Assembly (NCBI GenBank): GCA_963701745.1
Contig: CAVPBE010000003.1
Coordinates: 149,361 to 213,360 of the forward strand
Length of the DNA: 64,000 nt
Source of the DNA: an uncultured Bacteroidales bacterium
Lineage (GTDB): Bacteria > Bacteroidota > Bacteroidia > Bacteroidales > VadinHA17
Direction of reading: 5' to 3'
Shown here: piece by piece, positions 1 through 7,498 of the stretch
Numbering within the stretch: the stretch's first letter is position 1
Layout of the letters: each line of letters opens with the position of its first letter
Notes under the pieces: generated by a model
What the model was told of the DNA's origin: nothing
The model's input: the letters and a program-made list of their open reading frames with translations, nothing else
Database searches by the model: none
Program-made: the position numbers and the translations under genes

Positions 1-2092
1 CAAGAATTTCCTCGTCACGTGTCTGGGTTCCTGCTATCGCAAGGGTCTTTATCTGTCCGAATGTCATAATGTTTTCAAAATGCAAAGCCTTGTCAGGTTT
101 TTCGTTCGAATAAAGCGTTATCGTGAAATTGATTTTCGTACCCTGATCGCCATCCAGTCCCGAGGGTGAATCAGCATAAAATTCCCCGCCCATAAGATCA
201 ACAATCTGCCTGGCCAGGATAGGCCCAAAACCTGATTCATCAGCTTCCTGATGTACTTTCGATTCAATATTAACATATTCGCCGAAAATCTTTTTCAGTG
301 TCGCCTTATCAAAGTATTTCCCTGTATCGTTTAGTTCAAAACCAAGCTGAGTTTTTCCGTCACTTATGCTTTTCAGGTTGCAAGTCAGGCTTATTTGTCC
401 CTTTGCAGTATTTTCGACTGAATGGTTCAGGAAAATAGTCAGTATCTGTCTCAGCCTGTAAGGATCGCCAATTACCTTGTCGGGTACATTTTCATCCACC
501 TTGCAGATAAGGGCAACCTCTGTCCCATCAATTTTTGTCCTGACAAGATCATGGCTGTACATTATCTCTTCCCTCAGGCTGAATGGAATTTCGTCAAGGA
601 TCATCCTGCCTGATTCTATCTTTGTAAAATCAAGAATGTCGTTTATGATATTCAACAAAACCTCTGCAGAGCGGCGAAGAAGGCCAAGAACATCCCTGGC
701 CTCGCCAGGAAGCTTTTGCTTTTCAAGGATATCCGTCATCCCGATAATTCCGTTCAGTGGGGTCCGTATCTCATAGCTCATCCTGGCAAGGAATTCAGAT
801 TTTGCTGAACTCGCCTTTGCCTCCTGTTTCCTGGCCGATTCGAGCATTGTTACATCAACAAGCATGTCCATTGTGGCATCTTCGCCCTGAAACTTAACAG
901 GAATACTTGTTCTGAACAGAACGATTTCACCGATCTCTTTTTTCAGTATTACAAACTGATCGGGGCTGAATGAGCCTCCCAGATGTTTCGAGAAATAGTT
1001 GTTCTCATCGGTAACCGTAGATTCAGGAAATATTTTACCCTTCATTTCGCCTTCGTCCGGATAAGAATATTGCTCAGCAGCTTTTCTGTTTGCCTTTATT
1101 ATCTCGCGGCTGCCGTTATAAATAATCACTCCGACCGGCATCTCTTCGATCATATTGAACAGCATCTTTTCTGTAGTACCAAGTCTTTCTATTTCAGACC
1201 TCTGCTTCTTAAGTTGTTTCAGGAAAAAATAAACAAGGGCCAGAATGACCAGGAGGGTTACAAGGGCAAGAAGAACTGAATTCCTGATAACGTATTTTCT
1301 GAAATTATCGGTTGGTGTTGAGAAAACAAGACCGATATTCTTCTGGAGAAGATGTGTTGAATAATATGAGGATATTATCTCCTGTGAAAGATAATCGCTT
1401 TCAGCCTTGTGAATAAGGTATTCAGATGCCCCTCTCCCGAGGCCCGAGACGATCTTCCGCATCTCCGAAAACCTGAGTTTTTCTTCGTTGTTATTAAAGA
1501 CTATGACCCCTGAATCGCTTACCACCCATTGCCACTGGTAGTCCTTTAAATTGAAAGTGTTGAATATCTCTTTAAAATACTTTTGATAGTCAATTTCCAC
1601 GACAATGTTACCCACGGGGATCTCATCCTTTAAAACAGGAAGATGATATCCATAATTGCGGCCTTCCCTGATCAATTGGACTCCGGACTTGATTTCGCCC
1701 TGTACATGAAGCACAAAAATCTGCTCCAGCCAGTTAATGCCGGTCTCATCTTTCTTTAAAGTAAATTCATTTTTGTTGTTATCATAAAGCTTTATCCCTG
1801 TTATAAGGTCATCGTATCTTGAGAAGAACAATTTCAACCTTTCGATTGTCCTGCTTCTGCTCTCAGGGTCAGAGAAAAAAAGCGGGATATCGTCTGAAGA
1901 GACTATCTGGTTGAGGTCGCTATCGAATCCGTTATTGGTGCTGTCGACAGATAATCCAACAGCCAGGACCTGCCTGTCCAGCAGGGTTACCCTGTAATCA
2001 ATCTGCTTATTATATAAACCTTTATAATAGATATAATTCACTACTATTATTATCATAAATGCCGATATGACAATAATCAATATCTTCCTCAT
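1..2092 (-). CDS. Membrane sensor histidine-kinase-like protein (start present, 3' end runs off the window)
   Basis: The frame was read by hand and is open from the ATG (complement of 2090-2092) to the window edge, 697 codons. It is missing from the ORF track because there is no stop inside the window. Two TM segments (ILIIVISAFMIIIVVNYIYY; VLLALVTLLVILALVYFFL) flank a roughly 270-aa outside domain. These are followed by a PAS-like segment, the HisKA-like stretch EFLARMSYEIRTPLNGIIGMTDIL, and the HATPase_c-like stretches DPYRLRQILTIFLNHSVENTAKG and SGFGPILARQIVDLMGGEF. Confidence 0.8.
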   Translation of the reverse strand, partial: MRKILIIVISAFMIIIVVNYIYYKGLYNKQIDYRVTLLDRQVLAVGLSVDSTNNGFDSDLNQIVSSDDIPLFFSDPESRSRTIERLKLFFSRYDDLITGIKLYDNNKNEFTLKKDETGINWLEQIFVLHVQGEIKSGVQLIREGRNYGYHLPVLKDEIPVGNIVVEIDYQKYFKEIFNTFNLKDYQWQWVVSDSGVIVFNNNEEKLRFSEMRKIVSGLGRGASEYLIHKAESDYLSQEIISSYYSTHLLQKNIGLVFSTPTDNFRKYVIRNSVLLALVTLLVILALVYFFLKQLKKQRSEIERLGTTEKMLFNMIEEMPVGVIIYNGSREIIKANRKAAEQYSYPDEGEMKGKIFPESTVTDENNYFSKHLGGSFSPDQFVILKKEIGEIVLFRTSIPVKFQGEDATMDMLVDVTMLESARKQEAKASSAKSEFLARMSYEIRTPLNGIIGMTDILEKQKLPGEARDVLGLLRRSAEVLLNIINDILDFTKIESGRMILDEIPFSLREEIMYSHDLVRTKIDGTEVALICKVDENVPDKVIGDPYRLRQILTIFLNHSVENTAKGQISLTCNLKSISDGKTQLGFELNDTGKYFDKATLKKIFGEYVNIESKVHQEADESGFGPILARQIVDLMGGEFYADSPSGLDGDQGTKINFTITLYSNEKPDKALHFENIMTFGQIKTLAIAGTQTRDEEIL

Positions 2093-2147
2093 ATTATAAA
2101 AGTTGTTGTCAGACCAAGTAAACTAGCTTATGCTAATTAACTCAATT

Positions 2148-3074
2148 TCACCTGTATTTAGTATTTTCATCATTCAATATACTTAAATAACTTCGGTACC
2201 TCAGGGGATCGACCTCCCCCCGGTCCACTGCTTGTCTGACAGCGCATCCTGGTTCATCAAGATGAAGGCAGTTGTAGAAACGGCACTCTTTTGACACTTT
2301 GAATATTTCGGGGAAAAAATGGTATATTTCGTTTCTTTCCATATCAACAACTCCAAAGCCTCTTAAGCCCGGAGTGTCAATAGCAAATCCTCCGAATGGC
2401 AGTCTGTGCATTTCGGGAAAAGTTGTAATATGTTTCCCTTGTTTATGGTATTCTGATATTTCAGCGGTTTTAAGGTTAAGTCGTGGATTGAGTATATTCA
2501 GAAGTGTGGTTTTACCCACACCTGAATTTCCTGAAATCAGGCTTACCTTGTCTTTCATCATTGTGGCAATTTCATCAAGACCGGTCGCCTCCTCTATTGA
2601 TAACCTGAAGCAATCATACCCTATCCGTGAATAGATTGAAATAAGATGCTCCATCTTTTCAAGTTCATCAGCGCCATACAGATCGGTTTTATTGAAAATG
2701 ATCCTGGAAGGGATCCTGAACGCTTCAGCAGTAATCAGGACCCTGTCGATGAACTCAACAGGAGTCTGCGGAAGAATTATTGTAGCCATTAAAAGAAGCT
2801 GATCGATATTTGCAGCTATTATCTGTGATTGTTTTGACAGATTGGATGCTTTTCGCAAAATATAATTCTTCCTTTCAAGAATCCCTGTGATTATTCCGGT
2901 TTTACTGTCGTCCCCGGGATCAATTGTTACTTTATCTCCAACTGCAACCGGGTTTGTAGTCTGCACCTCCTTTTCTCTCAGCTTGCCACGGAGAACACAT
3001 TCAATTATGTTCCCTGAACCGAGGAGAATTTTGTAACGGCTGCCTACTGATTTTATGACGATTCCGGTTTCCAA
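2148..3074 (-). CDS. rsgA: Ribosome small-subunit-dependent GTPase A
   Basis: 308-aa ORF with circularly permuted GTPase motifs (NKTD, GNSGVGKTTLLN, DTPG) and a C-terminal Cys/His knuckle CRFYNCLHLDEPGC. Confidence 0.9.
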   Translation of the reverse strand: METGIVIKSVGSRYKILLGSGNIIECVLRGKLREKEVQTTNPVAVGDKVTIDPGDDSKTGIITGILERKNYILRKASNLSKQSQIIAANIDQLLLMATIILPQTPVEFIDRVLITAEAFRIPSRIIFNKTDLYGADELEKMEHLISIYSRIGYDCFRLSIEEATGLDEIATMMKDKVSLISGNSGVGKTTLLNILNPRLNLKTAEISEYHKQGKHITTFPEMHRLPFGGFAIDTPGLRGFGVVDMERNEIYHFFPEIFKVSKECRFYNCLHLDEPGCAVRQAVDRGEVDPLRYRSYLSILNDENTKYR

Positions 3075-3127
3075 TAAATAATATTTATAGTAAAAGTATA
3101 GATTATTCCTTTTCTATATGAAGATTT

Positions 3128-3206
3128 TTACCCCCTTTCACTTTCCCCCAAGGGGGAAATGTTGACCAGCTCCTTCCCCCGTGGGGGAAGGTCGGGAAGG
3201 GGGTAA
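3128..3206. repeat. Nested GC-rich hairpin element (outer stem enclosing two C5/G5 hairpins)
   Basis: The outer 10-bp stem pairs ttaccccctt (3128-3137) with aagggggtaa (3197-3206). Inner hairpins are tttccccc-aa-gggggaaa (3142-3159) and ccttccccc-gt-gggggaagg (3172-3191). Confidence 0.7.
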
Positions 3207-3233
3207 GGATTAAAAAACAGGAAATAAGGCTCC

Positions 3234-3272
3234 AAAAAACATGTAGAGACGTGCAACTTGCGCGTCTCTACA
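3234..3272 (-). terminator. Intrinsic terminator downstream of the PFK gene
   Basis: Near-perfect palindrome at 3243-3271 (gtagagacgtgcaa-c-ttgcgcgtctctac, one G-T wobble). On the minus strand it is followed by a T6 run (A6 at 3234-3239 on the plus strand). It lies 27 nt 3' of the stop at 3299. Confidence 0.7.
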
Positions 3273-3298
3273 GTAAGTTAAAATATCTGCTAAGAGGA

Positions 3299-4531
3299 TC
3301 AATTATCCGAAGCCATCAAAAGGAACGGCTTCATTTCGAAGCTGTGATAGTATGGCCTGAGTCTTTCTGTATTGTAATGTTCGGATACTTTCACGACCTT
3401 TTTAGAAGATGTAACGACATCTATAGGAACATTATCATATCTTCCGTTTTTCAGCACTACTATCCTGCCATGCAATCCTTTAAGGATCAAATCGAGCGCT
3501 AGGTTACCATAAGCCATTGGTACAATTGAGTCAAGGGCGTCAGGATCACCTCCGCGTACCATATATCCCAGTTTCTGGGTAATTGTGTTAATGGTTTTCC
3601 CGCCATTGTATTTAGCTGAGAGCTCTTTGAGCTGATCCGATACAAGATCACCAATACCACCAAGCTTTGCGTGTCCGTATGCATCCTTTTCCTGACCTGC
3701 AAAGATCATTTGCCCGCCTTTGAACATTGCTCCTTCTGAAATTAGGACTATTGAGTATTTGCTGGGGTTATGGTTTCTGTCCTCAACAAGCAGCTGTGCA
3801 AGCTGATCTATATCAAACTCATATTCGGGGATAACACATCTGTTAGCAGCCCCGGCCATTGTAGGGAGCATTGCGGTAAACCCGGCATACCTTCCGAATA
3901 CTTCCAGCACGAGAAGTCTTTCGTGTGATCCGGCCGAAGTCCGAAGACTATTGGTCATCTGAATAGTCCTTGTGACACAGGTACTGAAGCCAATGCAATA
4001 ATCTGTACCAGGAACATCATTATCCATGGTTTTGGGAATTGCGACAACCTTAACCCCTTTTTTGTAAAGATGTACTCCATAGCTTAATGTATCATCTCCT
4101 CCGATCGGGATCAGATAATCGACACCAAGCCAGTCGAGGTTTTTAATGACTTCCGGAGTCAGATCGTTTATTTCTGCATTATATGTATCGCGCAAATGGT
4201 CAGGGACACTCCCTTTTGTCATATGGCTCGGTCTTGTACGTGAGGTGTGAAGAAATGTACCTCCGGTACGGCCTGCCTTGTTAACTTCATCATCAGTAAG
4301 GATCTGATAACAGTTACTATTGTCAGCTTTATTGTCCCTTATAAGTTCAGTTATTCCGGCCCAGCCTCTGCGGAGTCCAATTACTTTAAATCCTTCCCTG
4401 TTTGCCCGGATTGTTACCGCCCTTATTGCGGGATTAAGTCCCGGAACATCTCCTCCCCCGGTAAGGATTGCAATCACTCCTTTTGTTTTTTTAACTTCTG
4501 CCATGATCTTCTGCTTTTTATTTGAAACCAT
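3299..4531 (-). CDS. pfp: 6-phosphofructokinase, probably pyrophosphate-dependent
   Basis: 410-aa ORF with PFK-A family motifs GGGDVPGLNPAIRA, IGGDDTLSYG and IPKTMDNDV. The Asp in GGDD and the Lys in PKT are the residues that distinguish PPi-PFKs from ATP-PFKs. The true start may be the internal MAEVKK. Confidence 0.8.
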   Translation of the reverse strand: MVSNKKQKIMAEVKKTKGVIAILTGGGDVPGLNPAIRAVTIRANREGFKVIGLRRGWAGITELIRDNKADNSNCYQILTDDEVNKAGRTGGTFLHTSRTRPSHMTKGSVPDHLRDTYNAEINDLTPEVIKNLDWLGVDYLIPIGGDDTLSYGVHLYKKGVKVVAIPKTMDNDVPGTDYCIGFSTCVTRTIQMTNSLRTSAGSHERLLVLEVFGRYAGFTAMLPTMAGAANRCVIPEYEFDIDQLAQLLVEDRNHNPSKYSIVLISEGAMFKGGQMIFAGQEKDAYGHAKLGGIGDLVSDQLKELSAKYNGGKTINTITQKLGYMVRGGDPDALDSIVPMAYGNLALDLILKGLHGRIVVLKNGRYDNVPIDVVTSSKKVVKVSEHYNTERLRPYYHSFEMKPFLLMASDN

Positions 4532-4588
4532 TGTTTAAAATTTTAAGACCTCTAAAATATATCTTTTTGCCGAATTCAAAAAACAATC

Positions 4589-5923
4589 TTATTTACCGCC
4601 GATCTGCATTTCTGCAACTCTGACAGTCGGAGCTGAATAGCTTCTGTTCATGTCAATATCATTTCCTGTCATGTCGATGGAATTGAGAATATCAAGAGCC
4701 CTTCCCGCAATTGTAACACCTTTTACCGGATGAACAATTCTGCCGTCAATGATCCAGAGACCACTTGCTCCTCCACTGAAATTCCCGGTTACCGGATCCA
4801 CTCCATAACCCGTAACCTCCTTCAGGAGAAGACCTTTTTTTGTGTTTTTTATTATCTCGTCAGGTGTATATCTCCCGGGCTGAAGGTATACTTTATGAGT
4901 CCCTATCCCGGGCAGGCTGCTAAAACCACCTCTTGATGCGCTTCCTGTACTTTGAACACCTGCACGCTTTGCTGCATTTGTATTGTAAATGAAGTTTTTG
5001 ATTACTCCGTTCTCAATAAGAACGATTTTCCTTGTCGGTACACCTTCTCCATCAAAGGGTGCACTTCCGAGACTTTTGGATATTGTTCCGTCATCCACGA
5101 TCGTTATCAGGGGTGAAGCACACTTCATGTTCATAAAATCCTTCAGGAAGCTTGCTCCCTGAAGTACTCTCTCCCCGTCGAGGGCTGAGATAATTCCGCC
5201 GAACAGCGAACGTACTACATCGGGATCAAAAATAACCGCTGCCTTCTGAGTGCTTATCATTACCGGATCAATTAACTCAAGTGCTTTAGATGAAGCAGAA
5301 GAGGCGATCTTTTCGAGAGGGAGGAGATCCGAGAAGAATACTCTTGAGCAATATTCGTCACCTGTGTTTTTCTGCTCTCCTTTTTCGGCCACTACCGAAA
5401 CTCCAAGGGAACATCCTGTGGATTTATAATTCTTCAGTATCCCGTTCGAATTGCCAATAAAGACTTCCGATTCTCCTTCACTGTAGCCGGCTCCCGAACT
5501 TTTTGAAATACCCGGACTCTTCATTGCAAGCTTTTCAAGCTCCAGAGCCATTTTTATCTTTTTTTCCATCGGCTCAGCTCTGATCCCGGAATCGTAAAGG
5601 TCGGTCACCTGAGTGATCCCTTTGTTGTCAGTAAGGACGTTGTTTTCATCAGTGGTGGATAATTTTGCAAATCCGATTGCCCTTGAAATTGTATCTTCGA
5701 GAGATCTGTCACTGAAATCATTACAGTGGCTGAATCCCATTCTGCCACCGGTGAAGACCCTGAATCCTACTCCCTGTGAAGAAGCCTCTTCAATAGTTTC
5801 GATCTCTGAATTCAAAACCTGTACCGACAGGTTTCTGCCTGTCTCCAGATAAACTTCCGCTGCATCGGCTCCCAGGCTGATACATTTATTTACGAGTTTT
5901 TCTGTCAATTCTATATAATTCAT
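4589..5923 (-). CDS. pmbA: PmbA/TldE family metalloprotease subunit (no signal peptide)
   Basis: 444-aa ORF of typical PmbA/TldD-fold length. It starts 20 nt downstream of tldD and has the cytoplasmic-type N-terminus MNYIELTEKLVNK. Confidence 0.8.
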   Translation of the reverse strand: MNYIELTEKLVNKCISLGADAAEVYLETGRNLSVQVLNSEIETIEEASSQGVGFRVFTGGRMGFSHCNDFSDRSLEDTISRAIGFAKLSTTDENNVLTDNKGITQVTDLYDSGIRAEPMEKKIKMALELEKLAMKSPGISKSSGAGYSEGESEVFIGNSNGILKNYKSTGCSLGVSVVAEKGEQKNTGDEYCSRVFFSDLLPLEKIASSASSKALELIDPVMISTQKAAVIFDPDVVRSLFGGIISALDGERVLQGASFLKDFMNMKCASPLITIVDDGTISKSLGSAPFDGEGVPTRKIVLIENGVIKNFIYNTNAAKRAGVQSTGSASRGGFSSLPGIGTHKVYLQPGRYTPDEIIKNTKKGLLLKEVTGYGVDPVTGNFSGGASGLWIIDGRIVHPVKGVTIAGRALDILNSIDMTGNDIDMNRSYSAPTVRVAEMQIGGK

Positions 5924-5943
5924 ATTCTTTTCTTTTGAAATAT

Positions 5944-7476
5944 CTAAGCTTTGCTACCTCCTACATTTATTCCCCTGATCCTTACGGTTGGCATCCCTGC
6001 AGTGACTTCAGCTGCCTGTCCTTTCCCGCATATGCCAGGTCCGAAATCAAGGTCATTACCTACTGCATCAATATTGGAAATAACGTCCATGCATGAACCA
6101 ATCAGGGTTGCTCCTTTTATGGGGGATGTTTTTTTACCGTTTTCTATTAGGTAAGCTTCACGGCAAGTAAAATTAAACACTCCTGTAACCGGATTTACGC
6201 TTCCTCCGCTCAGGCTCTGAACATAGATTCCCTTTTTTGTTGAGGAAAGAATGTCTTCGGGGGCATCTTTACCAGTATCAATAAATGTATTTGTCATTCT
6301 CGGGATCGGGATATACCTGAAAGATTCGCGTCTTCCGTTTCCGGTTCGTGCCATCGACAGCTGCTTAGCGCTAAGTACATCTGTCATGAATCCTTTAAGT
6401 ACTCCTTTTTCGATAAGTATGTTTCTCTGCGCCACGGTTCCCTCATCATCAAAATTTATCGTACCCCGGGAATTAGGTAATGTTCCGTCATCTATCATTG
6501 TAAAGCAATCGGCGGCAACTTTCTGTCCCATTTTTCCTGTGAAAGCGCCTATACCTTTTGAGATATTGTCAGCTTCGAGAGGATGACCGACAGCTTCATG
6601 GACCAGCACACCTCCCCACCCGTTCTGCATTACAACATCCATTATACCTGCAGGTGCATCTCCGGCAGAAAGCATTGCTATGGCCTCTCTCGCGGCATTT
6701 TTTGCCACAGTTTCGGGTGTGACCTGATCAAATATTTCAAAGCCCGAATGGCGGCTTAATCTTTCACGCGACATGTGTCTCGCCTTACCGTCATCGCTCA
6801 TTGCCTGGACTATGAAGAACAGAAGAGGAAGGTCATCCTTCAGATATAAACCCTCACTGTTGAAAATCACTCTGCTTCGCACCTCATCATTGTAATCAAT
6901 TTTAGCCATTTTTATTCTGGGATCATAATCCTTTGCAGCCTGATCAGCCCTTCTTATGATCTCAATTCTTTTTTCATCAGCTATCTCGCCAAGAGGCTGC
7001 TGAACAGTAATAAATGAGGGACGGCTGGTTACAGAAATCCCGGCAGGAGAAATCTTGTTTCCGCTAGTTGCAACATATGAAGCGACTTCAGCAGCTCTAA
7101 TAAGCTTCTCTTCAGTTATTTCATCAGTATAGGCATACCCGGTTTTATTACCAGATATTACTCTGACTCCAGCACCCTGACTGATACCATAAAGGCCGCT
7201 CTTGAATTTGGATTCTTCCATTATAATCTGACGGGAGATCCTGTTTTCAAGGTATACATCCGCAAAATCACCGCCCTTTTCCAGGGCTTTTGCAATGACT
7301 TTTGCAAGAATAGCAGTGTCAATATCCAGTGCTGAAGATGCTTTAACTCCTTTGCTGCACGATACCAGCTGGGCTAAAAGAGCTGGTGTTACTGCAATAA
7401 GAACTCCTCCCTTCAGGCTCATTTCAATGAATTTCCTTCGTGGAATATCCCTGACTCTGTCTTTTTCCATTTTCAT
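5944..7476 (-). CDS. tldD: TldD family metalloprotease with a Tat-type lipoprotein signal
   Basis: 510-aa ORF with the HEAVGHPLE (HExxxH) zinc motif. The N-terminus PRRKFIEMSLKGGVLIAVTPALLAQLVSC combines a twin-arginine motif, a hydrophobic region and a lipobox Cys. Confidence 0.85.
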   Translation of the reverse strand: MKMEKDRVRDIPRRKFIEMSLKGGVLIAVTPALLAQLVSCSKGVKASSALDIDTAILAKVIAKALEKGGDFADVYLENRISRQIIMEESKFKSGLYGISQGAGVRVISGNKTGYAYTDEITEEKLIRAAEVASYVATSGNKISPAGISVTSRPSFITVQQPLGEIADEKRIEIIRRADQAAKDYDPRIKMAKIDYNDEVRSRVIFNSEGLYLKDDLPLLFFIVQAMSDDGKARHMSRERLSRHSGFEIFDQVTPETVAKNAAREAIAMLSAGDAPAGIMDVVMQNGWGGVLVHEAVGHPLEADNISKGIGAFTGKMGQKVAADCFTMIDDGTLPNSRGTINFDDEGTVAQRNILIEKGVLKGFMTDVLSAKQLSMARTGNGRRESFRYIPIPRMTNTFIDTGKDAPEDILSSTKKGIYVQSLSGGSVNPVTGVFNFTCREAYLIENGKKTSPIKGATLIGSCMDVISNIDAVGNDLDFGPGICGKGQAAEVTAGMPTVRIRGINVGGSKA

Positions 7477-7498
7477 TTTGATTATCCCGGTTGAATAT

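Noticed and set aside
2111-2122. A 12-mer, agaccaagtaaa, shared with 47163-47174, both just upstream of minus-strand gene starts
   Set aside because: Exact 12-mer coincidences are expected many times in 64 kb of AT-rich sequence on both strands, and there is no extended similarity around them.
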